This document shows positions 1-6,648 of a DNA stretch of 6,648 nucleotides, in pieces. Within the stretch, counting starts at the first letter, position 1; each line of letters begins with the position of its first letter. The notes below the pieces were generated by a model, which was not told where the DNA came from, made no database searches, and saw only the letters and a list, made by a program, of their open reading frames with translations. The DNA comes from a virus (lineage: Duplodnaviria; Heunggongvirae; Uroviricota; Caudoviricetes): positions 1 to 6,648 of IMG/VR virus record IMGVR_UViG_2526164689_000017. The stretch is one strand, 5' to 3'. The position numbers were made by a program, and so were the translations under genes.

Positions 1-217
1 CTGCATAGCTGAATGACGTCACCATCCCCAGCGTATCCGTAAACTCATAACGGTATTTCACGTTAATCCCGTTAAGATTATCGCTACCGGGAGCGTTCGT
101 CCGGGCATGAAGATACCCCGCGCTCAGCGTGGCCTGCTGCTCAGACGCCCATGCAGGCGCGCCGGATACGGCCAGACAGATGGCTGCGGACAAAATGGCG
201 GCATAAAGTTTACGCAT
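1..217 (-). CDS. lom: Lom-like outer membrane protein (Ail/Lom/PagC family), N-terminal part; gene runs off the left edge of the window
   Basis: Not in the ORF track because it is truncated. Minus-strand ATG at 215-217 is preceded by GAGAGG about 5 nt upstream. My translation: MRKLYAAILSAAICLAVSGAPAWASEQQATLSAGYLHARTNAPGSDNLNGINVKYRYEFTDTLGMVTSFSYA. It has a signal-peptide-like N-terminus ending AWA, and the GINVKYRYE segment matches what I recall of lambda Lom. Position immediately downstream of J is as in lambda. Confidence 0.78.
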   Translation of the reverse strand, partial: MRKLYAAILSAAICLAVSGAPAWASEQQATLSAGYLHARTNAPGSDNLNGINVKYRYEFTDTLGMVTSFSYA

Positions 218-238
218 AATTACCTCTCGCTTTTCTGC

Positions 239-265
239 AATAAAAAAGGCGTCATTTCTGACGCC
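239..265 (-). terminator. Rho-independent terminator downstream of J
   Basis: Perfect 7-bp inverted repeat ggcgtca (248-254) / tgacgcc (259-265) with a 4-nt loop. On the minus strand it reads GGCGUCA-GAAA-UGACGCC followed by UUUUUUAUU (plus 239-247 aataaaaaa). It lies between the J stop (284-286) and the lom start (217). Confidence 0.7.
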
Positions 266-283
266 CGTTCTGGGTTATAAAAT

Positions 284-3200
284 TCAGCTGATACTGATAC
301 CTGCTGTGGATTTTTTCATCACCACAACCAGCAGATCGCTGATACTGGTTGTTGGTGTCCAGTTATTCGCTCCTGATGAAGATACGGTGAATGTCAGTGT
401 CAGCGTCCCCTGTCCGGCAGGCATATCTATAACTGAGGAAAATACGCCCTGAACATCCGTCGTGGACTGATTAAAAATCTCCTGACCATTGCGGGTCACT
501 CTTAACCGGCAGGTTGAATACCAGTATGACTGTTGGTTATTACTGTTGAAATTCTCATGCTTACCACCGCGGAATAACACTGGCGGTATCATGACCTGCC
601 GGTCAAACTTCTGATCATCACTGATTCTTACCGTGATGGTGCCACTGGCATAAGTGCTCGTGCGGGGGAAAGACTTGCTGACCGTTTTGACAATATCGCC
701 TTCAATCTGGTTGGCTGACAGTTTCCCCTTAATCTGACAGTTCTCATTAATCGTGACGTTGTTGAGCGTCCCTGAGTTCGCATTCACACTGCCACTGATA
801 TCCGCATTTTTCGCCGTCAGTCGCCCGTCCGGCGTCAGGGAAAATGCCGGAGGATTGCCGGATGACGTGATGCTCACCGCAAACAGTCGTTTCAGGAACA
901 CGTCGTTCATGAACAGCTGATTCCCCTGCGCCACAAATAACGGCGTGCTGTTGCCGCTCTCCGGATTTATCATCGCGATACGGTCAGCCAGCAGCAGTAT
1001 GTTGCTCAGTGGCTGGCCATCAGTATCCTCAATCCCTGCACCAATCCCGGCCACATAGGGAATGCCGTCTTTCGTTTTTTGAACCTTCAGCATGTACAGC
1101 GCAGCCAGGTCATCATTTGTGTCCTTCTGCACGCGCTGTATCTGCTGAATGGTGGCGCTCTGGTCTTCCAGCGTTTTACTGACCGTCTGTGTGATTTCAT
1201 TGCGGGTTTCTGTGATGGTGGTCTGCATTTCCGCCATCTCGTCCTTCAGCTGACTGTTGTCAATCTCTGCCCACAGCGCCTCTGCCAGATGCGTTTTTCC
1301 TATCTTTTCCCGGAAAAGTTCCAGATAGCCCGCAGCATCATTGCTCGCCCGTCCACTGGCTTCCACAAAAGCAGATTTACCCACCAGGTTGACGCTGCGC
1401 ACATAAAACCAGAAATCCTTTCCGGGCTTAATGTGCGGACCGGAGACACTCCACTGACTGCCGGTCCCCAGATAACGGGCAGAGGTTTCCACCTGTGCGG
1501 CGTCTGCAATTTTTGCCTCCGAAAACCAGAACTCAAACTGCACCGTCGGGTCATAAATGGTCAGTTTCGGGACTGCCGTTATCTGAAAATACCCCGGCGT
1601 CAGTTCAACACCGGCAGGCGCTGCCGGTGCGTTAATCCGGAACGTGGTGGTGGCGGGTTCGCCCTGCTGGCCATAGCTGTTAATCGCCCTGACCGTCAGG
1701 GTGTATTCCCCGAGAGGCAGGCCACTGAAACGGTGCTCCGTATCGGCAGTGATGGCGGTGGTCACCAGACGGCTGTCTTCTCCGCTTCCGCTGGTCAGGC
1801 GCAGACTGAAGCGCACACCCTTCACCACCCGCGGCGTGTCCCATTTCGCCTGTGCCAGATACTGACCGTCAGCCGCGCTCACCTCCACCGTCAGGTGCTG
1901 CACTGCCGGAGGGATGACGCTGTTCAGGGTGCCGCTCTGGTCGCTGTCAAAGTGCGCCCCGTTATCCACGATGGCTTCTTTTTCCGGTACGTGCTGCACT
2001 GCCGTGATGGCAAAGGTGCTGTCCGTGTTTTCCCGGATGGAGACACAGCGGAACAGGCGACGACGCAGTGACGGCAGGGAGAGTCCCCACACACCGTATG
2101 TCTCCACACCATCAGGCAGGGTGCTGACCTGTATCCGGTCCGGCGCGGGGTGTGCAGTGATGGCCACGCTCACCGGCTTACCGCTGCCGTTAATCAGGTT
2201 CACCGTGGCGGCACCTGTCTCCGGCAGGGTCACCTCACGGTCCAGTGTCAGGGTGCGGCTGGCGGCATCGATGGACAGGATACGTCCGCCGGTCATGGTC
2301 CCGGCATAGTCGTTATCACAGATTTCAATAATGTCTCCGGGTGTGTGACGCAGCCCCTGTGACCCGAGCGTGAAATCCACCGTCTGCGTTTCCAGCAGTC
2401 CGGTCTTTATCACCCACAGCCCGGCACGGTGGGCCTGACCGCGACTGGTGCAACCGAACGCATCCATCTTCAGCAGGTTGCGCCCGTAGCGCAGTATGGC
2501 TTCCGGGTCTTCCACCAGTTCCGTGGAGGTCTGCCAGCCGTTCTGCGGGTCGGTGTAATTCACCTCCACCGCCGTGTGGCGGTCCTTCAGGGCGCTGAAG
2601 CTGTAGCGAAACCCCACGCCGTTATCATCCACCACCACATCGCAGTTGGTGTACGGCCACACCACATCCGACGGGCGGTCCTGAACGAACGTCAGCGTCT
2701 GGCCGTTCCATACCGGCATACAGCGCATCGCCGAGCAGAAATCACTGAGAACGTCCCACGCCTTACGCTGTTGTGACAGGTACGCATTAAAGGTCATCCG
2801 CGGCTCTGTGCCCCCGAAGCCATCCGGGACACGCTGGTCACAGTACTGCCCGATGGCATACAGCGCCCATTTGTCCACGTCCGCGGCCCCCAGGCGTTTC
2901 CCCATCCCGTAGCGCGGGTGGGTCAGCATGTCCCACAGGCACCAGGCCGGGTTGTTGCTGTATGCCGGTTTCAGACTGCCGTCCCAGATACCACTGTACG
3001 TGCGTTTTTCCGGGTCATAGTTTGACGGCACCTGAATAATGCGACCGCGGATATGGTAGTTCACCGTCATCTGCTGACCGCCAAACTGCTCCGCATCCAC
3101 CTGCAGCCCCACAATCGCCGTGTTCGGGTAGCACTGTTTCACATCGATGATTTCGGTGTATGACGACCAGAGCGTCTTATTCTGCAGCTGGTCCGTGGTG

Positions 3201-3763
3201 CTGTCCGCCGTCTCCCTGACCATCCGGATGTTAAAGGGGCGCTCAGGCAGATTATCCAGAATCACCGAAGCGAGGAACTGTGAGGTGGTCTTGCCGTTAA
3301 TGGTGACATCCTTTTCCGTCACCCAGTTACCGTTACGCTGCAGCTGAATCAGCAGGCGGACGGATGCCGGGTTACGGTCACCCTGTGAGGTGGTCTGCAC
3401 CAGTGACTGCACCCCGAAGGTAACCCGCAGGCGGTCAATGTTCGCGGACGTAATGGTGCGCGTCACCGGCTTTGCCTTCGTCACTTCCACGCCCAGTGCG
3501 GTTTCAGAGCCGGATGACTCAAAACCTTCCGGCGGTGTCTGCTCCTGCTCCCCGGCGCGCCAGACCGCTGTCACACCGTGTATCACAGGATTACCGTCCG
3601 TGTCCGTCAGCGGGGTTTTGTTCACCAGAATACTCTGCAGCCCCTTCACCGGACCTTCCACCGGTCCCTCACCGATGGCGTCAATCACGCTCATCATCTG
3701 CGTGGACTTAAGATTGTCCTTTGCCTCAACCGGCGTGTGCGCCTTGCCGCCACCTTTACCCAC
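284..3763 (-). CDS. J: Central tail fibre / host specificity protein J (tip attachment protein), 1159 aa
   Basis: The track ORF begins [39 protein letters not shown], near-identical to the lambda J N-terminus as I recall it, with similarity continuing through the body (for example [50 protein letters not shown]). Start is GTG at 3761-3763 with GGAGAGGGGGA a few nt upstream on the minus strand. Stop is TGA at 284-286. Confidence 0.97.
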   Translation of the reverse strand: MGKGGGKAHTPVEAKDNLKSTQMMSVIDAIGEGPVEGPVKGLQSILVNKTPLTDTDGNPVIHGVTAVWRAGEQEQTPPEGFESSGSETALGVEVTKAKPVTRTITSANIDRLRVTFGVQSLVQTTSQGDRNPASVRLLIQLQRNGNWVTEKDVTINGKTTSQFLASVILDNLPERPFNIRMVRETADSTTDQLQNKTLWSSYTEIIDVKQCYPNTAIVGLQVDAEQFGGQQMTVNYHIRGRIIQVPSNYDPEKRTYSGIWDGSLKPAYSNNPAWCLWDMLTHPRYGMGKRLGAADVDKWALYAIGQYCDQRVPDGFGGTEPRMTFNAYLSQQRKAWDVLSDFCSAMRCMPVWNGQTLTFVQDRPSDVVWPYTNCDVVVDDNGVGFRYSFSALKDRHTAVEVNYTDPQNGWQTSTELVEDPEAILRYGRNLLKMDAFGCTSRGQAHRAGLWVIKTGLLETQTVDFTLGSQGLRHTPGDIIEICDNDYAGTMTGGRILSIDAASRTLTLDREVTLPETGAATVNLINGSGKPVSVAITAHPAPDRIQVSTLPDGVETYGVWGLSLPSLRRRLFRCVSIRENTDSTFAITAVQHVPEKEAIVDNGAHFDSDQSGTLNSVIPPAVQHLTVEVSAADGQYLAQAKWDTPRVVKGVRFSLRLTSGSGEDSRLVTTAITADTEHRFSGLPLGEYTLTVRAINSYGQQGEPATTTFRINAPAAPAGVELTPGYFQITAVPKLTIYDPTVQFEFWFSEAKIADAAQVETSARYLGTGSQWSVSGPHIKPGKDFWFYVRSVNLVGKSAFVEASGRASNDAAGYLELFREKIGKTHLAEALWAEIDNSQLKDEMAEMQTTITETRNEITQTVSKTLEDQSATIQQIQRVQKDTNDDLAALYMLKVQKTKDGIPYVAGIGAGIEDTDGQPLSNILLLADRIAMINPESGNSTPLFVAQGNQLFMNDVFLKRLFAVSITSSGNPPAFSLTPDGRLTAKNADISGSVNANSGTLNNVTINENCQIKGKLSANQIEGDIVKTVSKSFPRTSTYASGTITVRISDDQKFDRQVMIPPVLFRGGKHENFNSNNQQSYWYSTCRLRVTRNGQEIFNQSTTDVQGVFSSVIDMPAGQGTLTLTFTVSSSGANNWTPTTSISDLLVVVMKKSTAGISIS

Positions 3764-3798
3764 TCTGTCCCCCTCTCCTGTCTGATGTCTGAATCTGT

Positions 3799-3963
3799 TT
3801 ATGCCCCAAAAACGACAGGCACCCCGGAGGGTGCCTGTGTCATGACGGAATAAAATTTCTGAATTTCTTCACATTTTCTGTACGCCCCGTGGCAGATATC
3901 ATTCCCGGGCGTTACAGTTTTTTCGGGCCAATAAAAACAAAACCCCCTGTGGTTAATCTTCAT
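3799..3963 (-). CDS. Hypothetical small protein (54 aa) in the I-J spacer; weak candidate
   Basis: My own translation of the minus strand: ATG at 3961-3963, TAA at 3799-3801, giving [54 protein letters not shown]. Only a weak GGGA-type ribosome-binding site; uses rare AGG/AGA/GGG codons. The terminator hairpin at 3815-3838 lies inside its last 13 codons, so termination would precede the stop codon, which argues against a real gene. Confidence 0.15.
   Translation of the reverse strand: MKINHRGFCFYWPEKTVTPGNDICHGAYRKCEEIQKFYSVMTQAPSGVPVVFGA
3803..3838 (-). terminator. Terminator-like hairpin between I and J, minus-strand orientation
   Basis: Perfect 10-bp inverted repeat acaggcaccc (3815-3824) / gggtgcctgt (3829-3838) with loop cgga. 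On the minus strand the hairpin is followed by CGUUUUUGGGG (plus 3804-3814). Whether it terminates or acts as a stability or processing element cannot be told from sequence. Confidence 0.5.
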
Positions 3964-3970
3964 TTTCTGT

Positions 3971-4003
3971 TCCCGCAGCCTCCATACACTGCGGGATTTT
4001 TTT
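3971..4003 (+). terminator. Terminator-like hairpin with U-tract in plus-strand orientation, just 3' of the I stop codon
   Basis: 8-bp stem tcccgcag (3971-3978) / ctgcggga (3989-3996) with a 10-nt loop cctccataca, followed on the plus strand by seven T (3997-4003). On the minus strand the tract is A-rich upstream of the stem, so the signal is plus-oriented, antisense to the tail operon. Confidence 0.4.
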
Positions 4004-4008
4004 ATGCT

Positions 4009-4689
4009 TTACCCCTGCCGCCCGATAACCACCACCTTCCCGCCACCACCTTCATCACGGGTGCTGATGTCCTGGGAGATTCGCCGGGAGCCAACCAGCA
4101 TTTCACCGTAAGGCACCGGCATCGGGTTCCCCTGGGCAATCATGTTATCCAGCGAGGAAAAGTACGTGTTCTGTCTGCCGTTATCCGTTGCCCTGTATTC
4201 CGGTGTTTTTGGCTTCGGGGCAAGCATCTGTGCCACACCACCCAGTATCATGCTGGCCCCCAGTGAAAACAGCATCGTGGTGGCAGAAAAACCACCGGCT
4301 GCCAGGGCTGAACCCCATAACGCCATTGATGCCCCGGCCGTGAAGAACGACCCCACGATGGCTGCCGCCCCCAGCACAATCTGCAGTCCGCCCTTTCCGG
4401 CTCCGGCCAGTCGCGGCACAATATGGATGACCGCCCCCTCACCCAGAGGTTCGTGAAGACGGGCGTACACCGCCTCCGGTGCCGTGTCCTCACCGCGAAT
4501 ACGTATCTGGTACCAGCCTTCGTTCATCTGACGGCGGAATCCCGGCACCTGTAACGACAGCGCCCGGATGGCTTCCGCTGCCGTGTTCACATACAGGCTG
4601 AGGCGGCGGCCAAATCGTTGCAAATCCCCGTGAAGGCAGATGCGTGCCAGTGGCGGTGACGCCAGACAGAATGCGTTCGTCGTTGCCAT
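4009..4689 (-). CDS. I: Tail assembly protein I, 226 aa
   Basis: The track ORF begins MATTNAFCLASPPLARICLHGDLQRFGRRLSLYVNTAAEAIRAL and ends in a Gly/Ala-rich hydrophobic segment, closely matching lambda I as recalled. Stop is TAA at 4009-4011. The start overlaps the 3' end of K by 103 nt in another frame. Confidence 0.93.
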   Translation of the reverse strand: MATTNAFCLASPPLARICLHGDLQRFGRRLSLYVNTAAEAIRALSLQVPGFRRQMNEGWYQIRIRGEDTAPEAVYARLHEPLGEGAVIHIVPRLAGAGKGGLQIVLGAAAIVGSFFTAGASMALWGSALAAGGFSATTMLFSLGASMILGGVAQMLAPKPKTPEYRATDNGRQNTYFSSLDNMIAQGNPMPVPYGEMLVGSRRISQDISTRDEGGGGKVVVIGRQG

Positions 4690-5330
4690 TTTTCGGAATA
4701 CCTCTCCCGTTTACTCAGTTGTTCAGGCAGATGGTGAAGCAGCTCACCGTTGCCGCAGTATATGGCGGCATGATTGGCCACCGATGCGCCAAAGCAGCAC
4801 AGCAGGATATCGCCAGGCTGTGCGGAAGGCAGGGAAATCCTGTAAAAACCAGTCGCCTCCATATTGTCCAGGTACAGGTTCTGACCGTTGCGCCACCAGT
4901 CATCCTCACGCTCAAAATCCGGCATATCAATTCCCGCCAGATGGTATGCATCCCGGAACAGCGTGTAACAGTCCGTCACCCCGTGCTCAAAGCGCCGTCC
5001 TGTCAGATGCGGCACACAGCGGAATTTATGAATCTCACCCCGGCAGACCAGCCACCAGGACAGTGCACTCTGCATCTGCAGCCGCCGGTCGGCCTCACTC
5101 AGCCAGGGCAGACCACCGGGATGACTGTGGACCAGTGCCACAATCTCCCCCTGCATTTCTGCCCGCAGCCAGTCTTCCGGTGCAATACGAAAATACGCCT
5201 CCGGCTCTGCAGAGATATTCACACAAGGGATATACCGCTCCCCCTCCGGCGTTCTCACCACGAAGCCGCACGACTCCGCAGGCGCACACCGCCGGGCATG
5301 CGCCAGAATCGCTGATTCAGTCTGTGTCAT
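4587..5330 (-). CDS. K: Tail assembly protein K, 247 aa from the internal Met of the 334-aa track ORF
   Basis: The segment from MTQTESAILAHARRCAPAESCGFVV onward matches lambda K as recalled. It contains a JAMM/MPN metalloprotease motif (HSHPGGLPWLSEAD, HxHx7Sx2D) and an NlpC/P60-like Cys/His pair (DCYTLF and NHAAIY). ATG at 5328-5330 lies 10 nt after the L stop. The upstream 87 codons of the track ORF overlap L and are rejected. Confidence 0.92.
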   Translation of the reverse strand: MTQTESAILAHARRCAPAESCGFVVRTPEGERYIPCVNISAEPEAYFRIAPEDWLRAEMQGEIVALVHSHPGGLPWLSEADRRLQMQSALSWWLVCRGEIHKFRCVPHLTGRRFEHGVTDCYTLFRDAYHLAGIDMPDFEREDDWWRNGQNLYLDNMEATGFYRISLPSAQPGDILLCCFGASVANHAAIYCGNGELLHHLPEQLSKRERYSEKWQRRTHSVWRHRHWHASAFTGICNDLAAASACM

Positions 5331-5340
5331 AAACCGGGAT

Positions 5341-6039
5341 TTACTGCGAAAGTTTATTAATGGAAAGGAAACCGCCAAAATTAGCCACCATGCCGCGCAT
5401 CTCACACCCGCGCATGCACTTGCTGCATCTGTCCTTACGGATATCGGTGGTGGGTTTATCGAACTCATCCGCCACAGCCCCGCCCGTGTAACCACACTCA
5501 TCAGAGCGGTAGGTCCACATACAGGTATTCGCCAGCATAATGCGACCGGGAAACAGCGCTCCGTCCGTCTCCGTCGGTGTTGCCAGCACAAACGAGGCTG
5601 TCATGGCCGTCAGCTCTGACATCTGCTCCACCACCCAGCGGTCGCTCAGCTCCTGCTCCGGGTCCGCTTCCGGATTGCCCGCCACAAAATTCACCGCATC
5701 CAGAAAACGGGCATACACCCGGCGGCGGACCACCGTGGCCCCCACCAGGCTCTGCAGGTCCTCCGCCATCCCGGTGACCAGACCAAACAGATTCGACACC
5801 GTCAGCGACGGGCGGGCACTGCTGCCCTTCCCGTTCATCTCAAAGCCACTGCCGTCAATCGGGTATGCCTGGTACTTCCGCCCCTGCCAGGTCACCGGCT
5901 CCCCTTTTTCATTCAGCTCATTACAGAAAAAATACCGCTCACCACCCTGGGCCTTCAGGTCAATTTCCCAGAGCACCACCCGCGGTGACTGCTCTGATTT
6001 AACCGACTCGTTCAGGCTTTCCCCGTGAATATGCTGCAT
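5341..6039 (-). CDS. L: Minor tail protein L, 232 aa
   Basis: The track ORF starts MQHIHGESLNESVKSEQSPRVVLWEIDLKAQGGERYFFCNELNEKGEPVTWQGRKYQ and ends FGGFLSINKLSQ, closely matching lambda L as recalled. The ATG overlaps the M stop as ATGA. Confidence 0.95.
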   Translation of the reverse strand: MQHIHGESLNESVKSEQSPRVVLWEIDLKAQGGERYFFCNELNEKGEPVTWQGRKYQAYPIDGSGFEMNGKGSSARPSLTVSNLFGLVTGMAEDLQSLVGATVVRRRVYARFLDAVNFVAGNPEADPEQELSDRWVVEQMSELTAMTASFVLATPTETDGALFPGRIMLANTCMWTYRSDECGYTGGAVADEFDKPTTDIRKDRCSKCMRGCEMRGMVANFGGFLSINKLSQ

Positions 6040-6380
6040 CAGTTCACCACCTGCTCAATCGTACAGCTGAAATCACTGTACCGGACGTTATCCGTGACGC
6101 TCCACTCCCGGCACACCACCCTCACCGTCCGGTTATGTTTCGGCGGTCGCCACAAAAAGGCACGGTAACCACCATGCCAGGATAAAAATTCATCCAGCCA
6201 GCGCCGGGTTGACTCATCCGTCACCCGGAACACCGCCTGAAACGTCTTCAGTTGAGGATTCAGTCCTGTGGGGCGACGCTGTTCATAACCGTCACCAAAC
6301 CGTACCCTCGCCACCGACGGTTTCTCACTCACCTGCATCCCTTCACGCGGGACCAGATGCAGCGTTTTTATCTCAGCCAC
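6039..6380 (-). CDS. M: Minor tail protein M, 113 aa
   Basis: The track ORF contains VRFGDGYEQRRP and ends CTIEQVVN, matching lambda M (VRFGDGY... EQVVN) as recalled. GTG start at 6378-6380 overlaps the H stop at 6373-6375. Position between H and L fits. Confidence 0.9.
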   Translation of the reverse strand: MAEIKTLHLVPREGMQVSEKPSVARVRFGDGYEQRRPTGLNPQLKTFQAVFRVTDESTRRWLDEFLSWHGGYRAFLWRPPKHNRTVRVVCREWSVTDNVRYSDFSCTIEQVVN

Positions 6381-6648
6381 TCAGCATTCCTCCGTCACGT
6401 CGCATGGACAGCATCACCGCCTGCACCCGCTGGTCAATCAGCTGCACAAGACTGCCTGCCGCCTCCGCCCCTATCTGTCCGTTAGCCCCGTCATTCTGAA
6501 TGGCGATGTGGTAGACCGGGGAATACACCAGACCGGCACTGCCGTTCATACTGCCCACCGCGCGTACGCCCAGCGAGCCATCCGCCGCCCGGGTCAGGGG
6601 CATAATGGCTTCAGGTCCGGCTTCCCCCATCAGCCCGGCCCTTTGCAA
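6373..6648 (-). CDS. H: Tail tape measure protein H, C-terminal part; gene continues beyond the right edge of the window
   Basis: Open frame to the window edge on the minus strand, in the gene position of lambda H immediately upstream of M. The C-terminal segment IQNDGANGQIGAEAAG...MRRDGGMLSG resembles the lambda H C-terminus as I recall it. Stop is TGA at 6373-6375. Confidence 0.82.
   Translation of the reverse strand: MQRAGLMGEAGPEAIMPLTRAADGSLGVRAVGSMNGSAGLVYSPVYHIAIQNDGANGQIGAEAAGSLVQLIDQRVQAVMLSMRRDGGMLSG

Noticed and set aside
1079-2071. 330-aa plus-strand ORF (plus the smaller plus-strand ORFs at 1914-2309, 2150-2362, 2429-2776, 3147-3347, 3390-3785, 3472-3711, 3578-3853)
   Set aside because: All lie entirely antisense to the well-supported J gene. 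Their translations are Arg/Cys/His/Pro-rich and low-complexity, typical of antisense reading of GC-rich coding DNA, and there is no start context or homology to support them.
1300-2112. Minus-strand ORFs of 84 and 62 aa (1300-1554, 1924-2112) inside J
   Set aside because: They are in alternative frames within J on the same strand, with no independent support.
3868-3902. Possible sigma70 promoter on the plus strand in the spacer (TTCACA ... TATCAT)
   Set aside because: The spacing between the two hexamers is about 23 nt, far from the 16-18 nt optimum. I could not find a convincing -35/-10 pair for either strand in the spacer.
3889-4266. 125-aa plus-strand ORF spanning the I-J spacer into I, and related ORFs at 4142-4456 (+) and 4248-4493 (-)
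   Set aside because: It reads through the plus-oriented terminator hairpin and continues antisense into I. It has no ribosome-binding site or homology and is most likely spurious.
4640-5332. Plus-strand ORFs of 230 and 223 aa (4640-5332, 4644-5315) and minus-strand ORFs of 78 and 64 aa (4715-4951, 5095-5289)
   Set aside because: They are antisense to, or out of frame within, K and I. The sequences are Pro/Arg/Ala-rich without recognisable domains, and K and I are strongly supported in the other frame.
5331-5591. N-terminal 87-codon extension of the 334-aa track ORF for K
   Set aside because: This extension overlaps the 3' end of L in another frame and has no similarity to K. The lambda-like K sequence begins at the internal Met (MTQTESAIL...) at 5330, right after the L stop.
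5540-6028. Plus-strand ORFs of 162 and 66 aa antisense to L (the 66-aa one is very Pro-rich), and the 96/77-aa plus ORFs at 6209-6499
   Set aside because: They are antisense to the confidently identified L, M and H genes and compositionally biased, so they are artefacts of GC-rich sequence.
1-6648. Search for CRISPR repeats, tRNA genes, IS inverted repeats, or an attachment site or integrase
   Set aside because: No periodic direct repeats, tRNA-like cloverleaf candidates or transposase or integrase-like ORFs were seen. The window is fully accounted for by tail genes, lom and the spacer.

Overview
This window is the distal part of a lambda-like (lambdoid siphovirus or prophage) tail morphogenesis operon, encoded entirely on the minus strand. 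Reading in the direction of transcription (high to low coordinates): the 3' end of the tape-measure gene H, then M, L, K, I, the 1159-aa central tail fibre / host-specificity gene J, an intrinsic terminator, and the 5' part of a lom-like (Ail/Lom/PagC family) outer-membrane protein gene. Gene order and junctions follow the lambda pattern: K and I overlap by 103 nt in different frames, M stop and L start share ATGA, and H stop overlaps the M start. The long plus-strand ORFs in the track are antisense artefacts of this GC-rich coding DNA. I see no tRNA or rRNA, CRISPR array, IS element or integrase. I do not find a novel multi-gene system here. The one region that departs from the canonical layout is the I-J spacer (about 245 bp, against roughly 60 bp in lambda as I recall it). 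It is AT-richer than its surroundings and holds two oppositely oriented terminator-like hairpins and a weak 54-codon Cys/His-containing ORF, which looks like a small moron-type insertion. The J C-terminal receptor-binding region also appears diverged from lambda J, again judged from memory. All homology statements rest on recognising the translated proteins against remembered lambda sequences, not on a database search.
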